From Daphnia carinata (Eukaryota), in assembly GCF_022539665.2 (NCBI RefSeq), contig NC_081334.1:2852001-2916000 (forward strand): a stretch of DNA of 64,000 bases, read 5' to 3'. The notes below the pieces were generated by a model. That model was not told the DNA's origin, made no database searches, and saw only the letters and a program-made list of their open reading frames with translations. Positions within the stretch are counted from its first letter, which is position 1. The number at the start of each line of letters is the position of its first letter. Shown here one piece after another: positions 1 to 10,607 of the stretch. A program made the position numbers and the translations under genes.

Positions 1-149
1 TGCCAGCTGTCAAACACAAAGCCTAGTAGCATATTATGGCTTTTGCTTTCAATCATGTGATAAAATTATTCATTTAGAGGTATAAGACATGTATTTTGCT
101 ACTAGGATCCATTTAGTCTCATTCTACTTTCAAGGGATAACTCGTGAAA

Positions 150-730
150 CTTTATTTGCAAAGTATAGAAGCTGTGACAGTGAGAAAAATTTTATCGTTT
201 GAATACCTTCGTCTGATTTTGCAGCACTTTATCCACTCACCAACTGTTAGGTTGTATCTGACAAATGTGATTTGTACCTCTGTGATCATGTGGCCAAGAA
301 AAATCGCCACTGCTTCAGTAGTCCTCCTGCCATTTGTACCTAACCGACCAACACACAGAGACATGGACCTCAAAACTTTTTTCCTGTGGTATTTTAAATT
401 TCTTTCTTAATCTAAATGACTTTTCTTTACATTTAATATCCCCTCAGAGGACTGCAAAGCTTTACTTTCTTCTTCGTAATTCCTGGCCCCACAATCTTTT
501 TAGTCTTCGAGTAACAGCTGTAAGTCAAATAGCCATCTCTGTTATAGTTTCACCAACAACGTTTACTTTTACTTCTACCGTTTAGAGCTAGGGCATTTTC
601 CCTTTTCGTCCCATGTAAAAAGACCTTCAAGATTCCGGTCTCTAAGTATTAACTCTCTCAAGCCATCTAAACGTAAGTTTCCATTTGCCCATTCAAATGT
701 AATATTGTAATATCGTTGTTTGTTATTTAG
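150..730 (-). pseudogene. Possible decayed non-LTR retrotransposon ORF1 (gag-like) fragment
   Basis: Stop- and frameshift-broken minus-strand translation includes ...RLGTNGRRTTEAVAIFLGHMITEVQITFVRYNL..., reminiscent of the segment preceding the zinc knuckle in I/Jockey-group LINE ORF1. No intact CCHC knuckle is seen; resemblance is by eye only. Confidence 0.25.
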
Positions 731-840
731 ATAACGCCATGACAGTAAAATGAAAAAAAAGTGATGGAATGCCGAATAGCAAATAAGCAGTGGCCTGTAG
801 AAGATCATCGTGGAACATCGTGCAAAATGTTGTTGTATGG

Positions 841-1146
841 CCCGCCTTCGCCTCGCCCGTCGCCCCTTCTTCGCCTCGTGGTCGCGCCGTCTTCGCCTAG
901 CCCGTCGTCCCTTCTTCGCCTCGCCCGTCACCCCATCTTCGCATCGCCCGTCGCCCTGTCTTCGCCTCGTGGTCCCGCCGTCTTCGCCTCGCCCGACGCC
1001 CCGTCTTCGCCTCATGGTCACGCCGTCTTCGCCTCGCCGGTCGTCCCGTCTCCGCCTCGCCCGTCGCCCCGCCTTCGCCTCATGGTCACGCCGTCATCGC
1101 CTCCCCTATCGCCCCTTCGTCACCTCGTGGTCGCCTCGTCTTCGTG
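841..1146. repeat. GC-rich minisatellite, ~13 units of 22-23 bp in two variants
   Basis: Units of type CGCCTCGCCCGTCGCCCC(T/G)TCTT (23 bp) and CGCCTCGTGGTC(G/A/C)CGCCGTCTT (22 bp) are interspersed. This explains the overlapping low-complexity ORFs at 575-1220. Confidence 0.9.
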
Positions 1147-1192
1147 GTATGGTTGTGTTTTGTTTTATGTTGTATTATGTTTTGCGAATTAA

Positions 1193-1502
1193 CACGTTGG
1201 CTGCCACCCACCCACCTTGATCCCCTTTTTTTTGTAGCTTGACAGGGACGGGCCGCGCTGTTCTGCTCCATGGTTTATCTGCCATGGGGTGGAGCAGCGC
1301 CACTGCCCAAGATTGGCCGAATGGCCCCAAAGGCAATGCACCATTAGGGAATCCCTTGAACGAGACGGCGATGTAGACCTGGGGTGTGCATTCCCGTAAA
1401 GGTCTCATCGCCGTTTCAGCCCGGCCCACCCGGCCCCCTTGGTCGCTATCCCTTTGATAGCGACAGTAGCGATTGTAGATAGGTGGCGTGGCAGCCAACG
1501 TG
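1193..1502. mobile_element. piggyBac-type MITE (310 bp)
   Basis: Perfect 15-bp terminal inverted repeats CACGTTGGCTGCCAC (1193-1207) / GTGGCAGCCAACGTG (1488-1502), flanked by TTAA (1189-1192) and TTAG (1503-1506, one change from a TTAA target duplication). No coding capacity. Confidence 0.8.
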
Positions 1503-1669
1503 TTAGTTTAAGTGTATTTGTGTATGTATTGTATGTTGTGTACTGTATTTTGAAATGTATGTAATAGTGGTGGATATGTGGGTGGAAGGAGGGACAATAA
1601 AAACGATTTTACACTATTTACTTATGTATTTTTTATTCAGCTATACATACTAGACTAGACTTTGAACCA

Positions 1670-1740
1670 GACTTCTTACAGGGATCGAACCCTGAATCTT
1701 CGGCATATCGCGCCGATGCTCTACCAATGAGCCACGAATC
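1670..1740 (-). pseudogene. tRNA-like unit (degenerate)
   Basis: Minus strand: A-box TGGCTCATTGGTAGAGC, anticodon arm TCGGC-gcgatat-GCCGA, B-box GGTTCGATCCC. Poor acceptor stem and short T loop. Confidence 0.75.
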
Positions 1741-1852
1741 GTTGAACGTGTTGTTGGCTTTATTCAAGTCGCTTGCGGACTTGCATTTACACCTAGAATA
1801 AAAATGAAATGAAATATTCTTTTCTACATTTATTCTCCTTCATTTTTATACA

Positions 1853-1920
1853 TCTACTAAGGTTTGAACCCAGGGTAACAGGTATCGCAGCTAAAGGCTC
1901 TACCACAGAGCTATGGACCC
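1853..1920 (-). pseudogene. tRNA-like unit (degenerate)
   Basis: Minus strand: TAGCTCTGTGGTAGAGC ... GGTTCAAACC. Anticodon arm is broken. Confidence 0.65.
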
Positions 1921-2013
1921 TATAAAATCAATAGAAAGATAAATATATGTCAAAGACTGCATAAACATCCTAGACGATAACATATGATATGCGATAATAA
2001 AAAACGTATATAT

Positions 2014-2083
2014 AACTCGTGGCTCGATGTTAGAGCATCGGCGTTGCACGCTAAATGACTGGGGATCGGTTCCCATACGAGTA
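2014..2083 (+). pseudogene. tRNA-like unit (Ala-TGC-like, degenerate)
   Basis: Acceptor-like ACTCGT/ACGAGT, A-box-like TGGCTCGATGTTAGAGC, loop GTTGCAC, degenerate T arm GGGATCGGTTCCC. Confidence 0.65.
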
Positions 2084-2398
2084 AAACAAAATATAAATAC
2101 AAAATTACTTCAGAAAATATTCAGGTATTACACGCTGTTCCTTGAATCTAAGTTGAAGATAAGAGTGAGAAGTGTAATAAATAATAATTGAATACTTACA
2201 AATAAACGATAAACCAATGGAGTACTTACCATCAAAGGTGGCATAAACATTAAAGTTGAATTGAGCATACCAAATAAAAAAAAATTGGTAAATATAATGT
2301 AACACAACGAACACAGACAATGAAAGAAACAACTTTTGGAAAAAATATTTTATAAAAAAAATTTTATTGACAATTCTCTGCACATTAAAATTATTTTT

Positions 2399-2778
2399 GC
2401 AACTTTAAAAAGGCACAATAGCCCTTTCAAAAGTTGCCGTCAACCCAGGCAGGGGGAGACACTGCCTTGTTGACCCACCGGGGAGATTACCCGGTGATTG
2501 GCTAAGAGAAGCCGGAAGAAGAGCTGAAGATTTGGAACATTTTTACAGGAGCGATTAACCTTTAGTTCGGATTTGTGGGTAGCCACATCGCCCTCCGTGA
2601 ACACATCCTCGGACTAAGCGGCACCCCACGTCCCCTTTCCGGCCAGAGCCCTCCAAACCTCGGTATATGTTGTTTTTATATATACCGTACAGTAGGGGCA
2701 TGACCCCCTACGGGCTTATTACGAGTCAAGGGGAAACGGGGCTACGGAAAGGAAGGGAGCCCAGATATGCACTTCAAT
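2399..2778 (+). other. Highly conserved hairpin-rich core of the composite repeat (candidate structured ncRNA or cis element), copy 1
   Basis: Consecutive stems GCAACTTT/AAAGTTGC, GTCAAC..AGGCAG/CTGCCT..GTTGAC, CACCGGG/CCCGGTG, GGCT/AGCC, TGTGG/CCACA, TCCG/CGGA, CGGTATATGT/ATATATACCG, GTAGGGG/CCCCTAC. Four differences from copy 2 by eye. Confidence 0.6.
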
Positions 2779-4106
2779 TTTTTAAATATAAAATACCGTC
2801 TCGGGAATCCAAATAAAGTATAGAAATGTCATGTCATCCATCCAATCATTACAATTTATTCAGTGTCTTGCCCCAACCAAGAATCTTTTCAGATCCAATG
2901 TTACTTTTAACCTATGCTGAGAAAAGAAAAACAACACCATTAAGCATCTCAATTGTTGTTCATGTTACTTACATGACTTATAGATTCAACTTCTGGCAGA
3001 AGCTTGGGAAATGCCATACAAATTGCAGATGAAAATCATTGTATAAGGCTCTTGAATGATAAAATAGCACCCCTAGAATGTTGCATTGTTGATAGTTGTG
3101 TTCCCAGTATGCTGAAAATCCTTTCCTATTGGATAAATTTTTTTTGTAGATTAGACACAGTTGGCAAAAAGGAGGAGAAATGCTTCGTCATAAATTCAAA
3201 TTTTTTTCAAGAAAATTCCTTTCATACCTAAAGAGTCCATGTATGATGTTCATCACTGCAATGCCAGCAAAGTGAAACATCTTTAGGGCCATTTAAGTAC
3301 CCAGCTTCACCAACACTCTGAACGTAAAGGACAAGTTGTTCTTTAGCCAGAGAAGCAGAATTATTAGAGGCTTCTAGCTGTGACAGAACCATGAAGGATT
3401 CTATGAGGATTGTACCGGATTTATTAACACAAGATGATACTTCTCATTAGACAATTTGCATTACTCTAGTACTTTACCTCATACCTTAACAGTAATGCAC
3501 TCTCAGTGTTTTTTCAACTACAGGCCAACTCTTCCATCCTGTAACACTTCCAGATTTGACTTGATCCCCTGCTAAAATTCTGTGAATGCAAAATAATAGC
3601 ATTAAAAATACTTTTTCGATAGACAAAAAACCGAGAAGTACCTAATCCATGTTTGATGTTGAACTCGTGTCATTTCTGGGTTTCTGTACCACACCCATTT
3701 TCAGCAGTCTTTATGGTAATATTAATCAAAGCCACATGTCCCACTATGAAATGGGTGTTGAAAAGCAAATAAAAACCTGTTGAGATGGATACCAGGAGAA
3801 TCAGAATAGATCTCAATCAACTTCAGTTATTCTTTTCCCTATAATACTTAGTGACATAGCATAATAGATATACCTGCCTCAATTCGGAACCATGGACCAA
3901 CGGAAAAGAACACAGAAATGTAGCTGTGAAAGCAGATCACTTTAGAACATATGATCAGGTATAGATCATCTAAGAGGAAACCTAAAATGCAAAGACAAAA
4001 ATATTGGGCATAATTGCAGTTTACCAAACATAGTAGCAAAATAAAATAATTGTCAAAGAAAGACATATGCACACTTGGTTGACGAACGGGTAAGTCTGAT
4101 GCAATG

Positions 4107-4277
4107 TATGGCAATCCATTTTACCCCCGACCCCTCCCCGCCCCCTCCAAAATAAAATAAAAATATCGGCCTTACTTTCTGTTTTACTGCTACCCACCGG
4201 TAGATGGCGACAGCAGTGAAATAGAAAAAAAAGGCCGAAATTGTTTTTTTTTTTGGGGGGTAAAACAGATTGCCATA
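4107..4277. mobile_element. Fold-back / MITE-like palindrome (171 bp)
   Basis: TATGGCAATC..TTTTACCCC..TCGGCCTT..ACTGCT on the left is mirrored by AGCAGT..AAGGCCGA..GGGGTAAAA..GATTGCCATA on the right. Both ends are TA, and the centre contains TAGATGGCG. Confidence 0.7.
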
Positions 4278-4361
4278 ACAGTGTAGGCTTTTGTAAACGC
4301 GTAATAGGAATATTTTCTGAATTAATTCTGAATGCCTCTTGTAGTGTTGAGAAGATAGTCA

Positions 4362-5015
4362 TGTGTCAAGGGAATGTGGTGGAAAGGAGGTGGTGGTGAT
4401 GGCGGCATCGGCAATCGGATTGGCACAAGGTTAGTGTTTTCTTGCCTTTTAAGTGTGCTTGCTTTAATGTGGTTTTATTCAACAGTGTGGACAAGAGGGA
4501 TATTTACCACAGAGTGTCCACAAGCCTGACGGGGTGGTGGTAGTGGAGTAACAAAGTAAGGTAAAAGTATGGAAATATGTATGCAAACTTAACTCCATTG
4601 TTTTACCCTTAGTGTCATGAAGCTTGGCACACTACGAAAGACTACACGAAACTATTCAATGAATTGATTGAAGATGGAAAGCTGGGTGAACATTACATTC
4701 TGGAAGCTGTGACTTGCAATGAAAAGGAACTGTTTAAGGGCATCGTCTGTGGGGAAGGCTTTAACAATTTTGATGAAGCCTTTGTCCTGGTAAGCCATTC
4801 TTCGAAACTGTATTTTATGATTGAAAATATGTATTGTGTTTGCTTTAGGTTACAAGAAAAGATGTACCTTAATACATAACATCATTCGAACAAGCCGGCC
4901 TGCACTCAATACTACTTCAGAACATTAAGAATTCTGCATACACAAAACTTACACCTGTACAGAAAGCTTCAGTTGCAGTTATTCTCGCCAAGGGAGATTT
5001 GTTTGCTTGTGCATC
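4362..5015 (+). pseudogene. vas: vasa/DDX4-like DEAD-box helicase gene fragment (spliced, disabled)
   Basis: Gly-rich exon, degenerate CCHC knuckles (CGQEG..ECPQ; CHEAWHTTKD), then HYILEAVTCNEKELFKGIVCGEGFNNFD and VTRKDVP*YITSFEQAGLHSILLQNIKNSAYTKLTPVQKASVAVILAKGDLFACA (Q motif). In-frame TAA at 4870-4872; truncated just before motif I (TGSGKT). Confidence 0.85.
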
Positions 5016-5152
5016 ATTTTATTTAATTTTTGTTTAAGGAAACAGTTCAATAGAATACTTTATATTATAGTTTTCTACTGTTCATCCGGTATTATTGTTT
5101 TTACTGTATCGCATACCTACACAGGCATCAAAATGCCAAACTATGTACGTAA

Positions 5153-5225
5153 GGACAGTTAAGGCATAATGGTAGCATGTTGTCCTGCAGTGCGAAAGGT
5201 CTGCGGTTCGAATCCTATAATGGTT
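5153..5225 (+). pseudogene. tRNA-like unit (degenerate)
   Basis: A-box-like AGGCATAATGGTAGC and a perfect B-box GGTTCGAATCC; stems are decayed. Confidence 0.55.
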
Positions 5226-5366
5226 AATATTGCTTGGCGAGGTCGTCCATGAAAAAATCTGGGGCTTACCGACCATCCAGTCGTTGAGAAGAATGCATTT
5301 TTTCTTTTTTTTGCCATTTTTCGTTATTTCGACAAATAAAAGTTTGTTGTAAAGAAAAAAAGCACC

Positions 5367-5438
5367 TGGCGAATCCGAGTACTGAACCCTAGACTTTGGA
5401 CTTCTGAAGCCGATGCTCTACCATTGAGCTATTTCACA
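5367..5438 (-). pseudogene. tRNA-like unit (degenerate)
   Basis: Minus strand GTGAAATAGCTCAATGGTAGAGCATCGGCTTCAGAAGTCCAAAGTCTAGGGTTCAGTACTCGGATTCGCC. Shares TAGAGCATCGGC with the units at 1670-2083. Confidence 0.65.
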
Positions 5439-6454
5439 TATCTAAGTGATACTATTACTAATAGTGAATTTAGGAATGCCTGTTGGACTTAGAAAAAAAA
5501 AAGCAAGCTTCCTTTTCGTTGCCTGACCATTCACTGGCTCAGAACATCGAAACCAAGACCCAGGCCAAAAAAAATGAGTGCTTACCTTTCTTTGCCTGTA
5601 CCAATGTTCAGGCAAATGCTTGGCTGGCAAGGAGCATCGAAGCCAGGACCCAGGCCACTTGACTTTCCGAATACCAATATCTAAATATACCCGAAAACCA
5701 ATTTTTTCTCTTACGGCGTCAGCCGTACGTCAAAATATACAATTTTTTGCAGATGTTTTTTTTTCCTTTTCCATTTTTTTCTGTTTGCCAATTACTTGTG
5801 GTGGCAATGACGCATTTAGAAACGAAACAAAAAATTACTTTCACCACAGCATCAAATCCAGTTCAGACCAAGTTGTGTATTTGACAACCACAAAAGGGCA
5901 GCACGACACCACACGAGGAGCAGACGACACGAACGCAAAATAAAATGTATAAGCAGCTTCCGATGAAATTTATCCTATTTATTGCTAACTGCAAAAACAA
6001 AACTGAAAAAAAGCAAATCAAAAATGTAACATTAAAAACGCCCAAAAAAAAACAACACTTTAATAATTCGAACTAAAAGAATGGGAGATGGACCAAAATA
6101 AAATAAATAAATAAAGTCGATTGGAAGAACGTTGTTGCTGGAACTGAAATTTGGAATTAGTCGATGTTATACCAAAAGTGTGAAAACCAGTTGAAATTTA
6201 GATTATAAATTCTGCCAGAAAAACATTGTCATATTATATAGCAATCGCATACGCGGGAACCTCCCAAATAGGTTCACCTGTTATTCTTTTCAGACCCTTT
6301 TCCCCTATTAGCATACTTGTCACAATGGACACCTTGAAATAGAATCCACCGGGAATTTTTCCTTGGATTAGCTAAACACATCAGTCTCTCAAAAAGTTAA
6401 AACAAAAATAATGGTTGAGGCCTATGGTCAAAAACTGAATCGAAATCGCCGGTT

Positions 6455-7565
6455 CTAGGATGTCGTCATAGAATGTGGTGAATTTTGATTAAAATCCGAC
6501 GTCGGTAGAACAAACGACGGGCCATTACTGCCCTTCTTTCGCGTTTTAGTCTTCAATGTGCTCGTAGCAGCAGGCAGGGCAACATCGTCGGGATCAGTTG
6601 TAGGGGAAGTCGCATACGTCGTGGTCGGCCCGAATGAAATCGATTTGTTTCCGTTCTTATTGACACCTTCGCTGCGGAAGGAGGACTTCATCTTTGCTGG
6701 TGCTAGTTCGCACGCCGGCAATCCCATAGGCGCAGATTTGGTTAACAGGGCAGCGAAATCGAATGTGGGCGGGATATGAAGTTGAGGAACGGGCGCCAAA
6801 GGCGGCAGTTTGCCGGCAGCCGGCCGTTGGGAAGAGAAATGATGTCCACTCGTATCCGCTGTCAGTCCAGCCTGCTGCTGGAAGCTCATCATCATCATAC
6901 CGGGCGGATGAGGCGTCATCGGACTGAGACAAAGCGGATCTGCCAGCAGTGAATCCGACTGCTGTTGACGGAGCTGACTCAGCAACGATTGGCAGTCATT
7001 TTCCAGTCGCCGGAAGTCGCGCTCGGCGTCCGACGCCGATTTCAGCGCTTCATTGGCCCTCTGCTGCAACTGCTGCGCTTCCTAATGAAATAACGTCTTC
7101 GAATATCATCCTCTGATTACAATGATATTAGCTTTAATGTCGTAATCGTGTTATCGCATCGACATGATATGTCGGAATAGACGTGTATCGATTGGTTAGC
7201 GTGCGTGTTAGTCAAAGATAAAAAAAAAAGAAAACAAGAAATTTGTTAGTTTCATTTTTTTTTTTTTTAAAGAGGTCCACATAATTCTTTCTTGTTATGA
7301 ACATATTCCTCTTCATTTTTGTTAGTTTTTTTTTGCCACTTTCAAACTACAACATGCAACGATATGGATGTTAAAACCGAAAAACACAAGCACCAGCAGC
7401 TCATGACGTCATCACAATAAAATTCACTCCCCTTTTTTTTTCGTGTTCTGCGTGCCTTATACAGACAAGTTAGCGTGGCAGATATTATTCGATCGTGATG
7501 GCCACGAACAGCGAAAAAAAAAGAACAGCCGGTGCTACACGCCATATACGTACAATCTGATAAGC

Positions 7566-7597
<32 letters not shown>

Positions 7598-9575
7598 CGT
7601 GCCTACTTTCACGAGACCTGTCCGGACTTGGTACTTACACGGCACGTTCGCAAATGCGGTCTGAGTGCGTACGGCAAATGGATAAGAACACGAAATCGTC
7701 ATAAACGGCTTGGGATCGAAGACAAACAATCGCCACTGGGATATTTTAAAACACTCCCGGGGACGAATTCAACAGAAAAAAACGATTGTTCTACATGTCG
7801 AGAAATGAGGGATGAAACAATTGGGATCCTATACGCTCCGTTATTGATTCGTTGTTCGTTGGAGAATGTGCCCAGCTGACGTCTTTTTGCTGTAGGCTTA
7901 GCCGGGTTTTATAAAGTGCTCCGCAAAATATCGAAAGTTCAAGTGTAGTGGAATAACGTCTTGAAATCCTCGTGAATCATTGAAAAGAGAGTCTTTGAAT
8001 TTTGAAGAGGGGGGAATATGTTGGCTTTTTTCTTTTTTGTTACTTCGAAATGAATGAATTCCATTTTTTTTTAAGAATCGCAAGCAGACGACGCGGGTAA
8101 GACAGAAGAAATTGACATCGTCTGCTTTTGACGTATATGTCCCTCCCTCGAAAACAAATGACGATTGAAAATAGATGATTGAAATAAACCTGATGAGAGG
8201 TGATATGTCATCGGAATAATTAGCAGGAAGGATTCGCTCTGTCGCTGTTTCTTTCAAATCTTTACTTGTAAACTTAAGGGAAGATTCTAGTTTTGCTTAC
8301 CATTCCCACCGCTCCTTTATCCTCTCTGTGGAAACACACAAAAAACAAAATGGAAACTAATCACCGCCATTAAAGAGAAAAGCAAAAAAAAACAAAACAT
8401 GCAAACATCTCACTGACACACTATCCGCTTTTCCTGAAGAAAATGGGCGTGGTGGGTTTCGTTGGGACACAGCTGACTCTTGTTGTCTGGCATTAGGGTT
8501 AATCAGACACTAGGGTTAGACATACGCTCACACACACATACACACTAAATCAACAGTCGTTAGTGGCAAACGGGTGTGCCTGTGTGGAGAAAGACACGTA
8601 CACACTGGGCCAAAAATGGGGGAAGAAAGAGCGGGGAGGGTGAGGAAAAAAAAAACCAAAAACAAATGAAACACGAAAAAAAGAAGAAAAACATGATTCG
8701 ATTTGGCAAGAATGTCCAGACAAAAAAGGGGGAGGGGGGGAGAGAAGAAGTCGTCAATAAATCGCCTTGGGATGTTAGTTCAAAAGCGGATTAATTATTC
8801 ATTTTCAATTTGTATAAAATTATTGTCTGCCTGAATTAACCTTGACGGCTCCGTTGATCTGACGCTCCATGTTGACCACCTGCGACTGCATTTTGATGAC
8901 TTTGTCCGATACGCTTCCGGCGGCGCTCTGGACTGTTGTCAAGTTCTCCTGTAGCCAGCCCATATCGCGTCGCGACGCTCCGAAATCCGCCTCCAGTCCG
9001 CAGAGTGTTGTTTTGATGGCGGCCGTCTGTTGGAGCAAGAGCTGGTATTGGTGCTGTAGGCCGGGCGGGTCATCGGCGCTGGTACTTCCGCAGCTGTAAG
9101 GCTGAACGGATCGCCGTTTGCCGGACGAGACGGGCCGTGGAGTCGAGCTGCTAGATCCGATGCTCATCCAGTGATTGTGAGCGGCCAATTGGCCAAACGA
9201 CGGGTGGCAAGCGAGAGACGGAGTGCTGGACGAGTGATGGATGGCCGGAATCTCGCACAGCGTCTCCACCGTCTCATCGTCCTCGTGCTGATCGGTCGGC
9301 TGAGCAAACGACATGTTCAAACTGTCGTCGCTCGAACTGTAGGCGTAGGCTGCGGCTCTCTTGTTCTGCTGGCCCGTGTCAAACGAGCGATTATGTTGCT
9401 GGCTAACGCGTCCCCTGGCCGGCTGGCTGCTTCTAAAAAAAAAAAAAAATAATTGAAAAAAGAGATATCGATTGATTATTAGATTGTATCGATTATTGGA
9501 AGATGCACACGTCTTCATTTCACTGCGAATTGAATTACACACAGCACTGGATGCTAATTCATCCGTGGCCATTTC
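6455..9575 (-). CDS. Spliced coiled-coil-containing coding region, probably the 3' part of the PH-domain gene
   Basis: Phase-compatible exons 9575-9511, 9432-8841 and 7081-6455 (stop TAG). They encode a heptad-rich stretch LQHQYQLLLQQTAAIKTTLCGLE...MERQINGAVK|EAQQLQQRANEALKSASDAERDFRRLENDCQSLLSQL. Confidence 0.75.
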
Positions 9576-10607
9576 CTGTCGTAAGAAAATAATTATTTTT
9601 TGAAACGGTTGCCATGGCAACTGGCAGAAGGCGGAATATAATGAGACTGAGATGAAGGGAAGAGTAAAAAAAAGAAAAATGCTGGAGGGGATATCCCAAT
9701 GTCAATACGGATGCCAACGAAGAGTATGTGTCTCTTGCCATTCGTGAGAGGCTTCATTGATTGCAATCGATGGCTGCCTTCCTCCCGCGTGCAGACTTGC
9801 ACACCAATCGCCTTCACGTCTCTCTTTCCCTCCACTCACGACCTTCCCTTTCAGGTATTGATTGGCATTTCGAGAGAGAGAGAGAGAGAGACGTTTTAAT
9901 ACGAGATAGAAAATCCCGGGCCATTCGAAACTCCCGTCCTATTTGTTCCTCGGCAATTCTGCGAGCATCACAAGGAGATGCCGAAGGATGGCATTCTTGC
10001 CGTCAGGCGAGTTTCTACGGCGCATTGATTTTGGCCCTGCGTGTTTACATCGCCGTTTGATGAATTGACATGAGATTGGCATCTGAAGAGCAGCTCGCGT
10101 TCATTAAGGGGGTTGCCAGTTAATTGAAGCGCGTGCATTGTGTTGTACCCGAAAACTTGCGCAAAATCAAATTACGGACAACACACGAGGAACATCTCAT
10201 ACAAGACGGAGAGTGCCAGACAAGGCGTGGCCAATAAAAAGAAAAAACAGGGAACAAAGGTTGAGAAGTTATGAGAAGGGGGGAAACACGTCATGCCGTC
10301 TAAGATATTACGTACATCTAATTGCACATTCCACACAACGGCGTATGTTGGCACAAATGCATTAAAAAATAATAAAAAGAAAAAGAAAACTTGCAGCAAA
10401 AGTACATGCTTCAAATTACACTGGATTAGTGGACTATATAAGAAGACACAACAAACAAACAAAAAAAAAAAACTAGGATCACAATGTCAAGTCAGAACTA
10501 ATATAAAGACGCTAGCAAAAATTCATAAAAACGTGGCACCGGGGCAGGTGGGAAAAGAAAAATGAGTTAAAAAACAAACAAAACAAAAGCAAACAGAAAT
10601 GATTGAT

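Larger units (their letters stand above)
1679..3705 (+). repeat. Composite repeat, copy 1 (tRNA-like cluster + conserved structured core + decayed gene)
   Basis: Reverse complement of ~60122-62091 and direct match to ~62092-63606. Similarity stops abruptly after ...CACCCATTTTCAGC at ~3705. Confidence 0.95.

Noticed and set aside
575..1498. Arg/Pro/Ser-rich ORFs
   Set aside because: Products of the minisatellite and MITE, not genes.
1670..2083. Functional tRNA genes
   Set aside because: Acceptor stems and T loops are defective and anticodon loops differ between homologous copies.
2520..2560. CTGAAGA as a hammerhead ribozyme core in the conserved element
   Set aside because: No stem II followed by GAAA and no stem III/UH arrangement could be found.
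2590..2625. Hairpin followed by CTAA resembling HDV-ribozyme P4-J4/2
   Set aside because: The preceding P1.1 GG and P3/L3 elements are missing.
2625..2745. GTCCCC...ACGGGGCT resembling RNase MRP P4; TAACCT near 2557 resembling a TTAGG telomerase template
   Set aside because: The GAAAG before GTCCCC, the GARAR loop and CR-V spacing are absent, the template-like match is only 6 nt, and the sequence is multi-copy. A cmscan run would settle it.
2826..3032. ORF MSCHPSNHYNLF... repeated at 62734-62967
   Set aside because: Shared only because it lies in the repeat; stop positions differ and the spliced pseudogene is on the opposite strand.
8492..8520. TTAGGG-like telomeric motifs
   Set aside because: Only two isolated TAGGGTTA copies, not a telomeric array.
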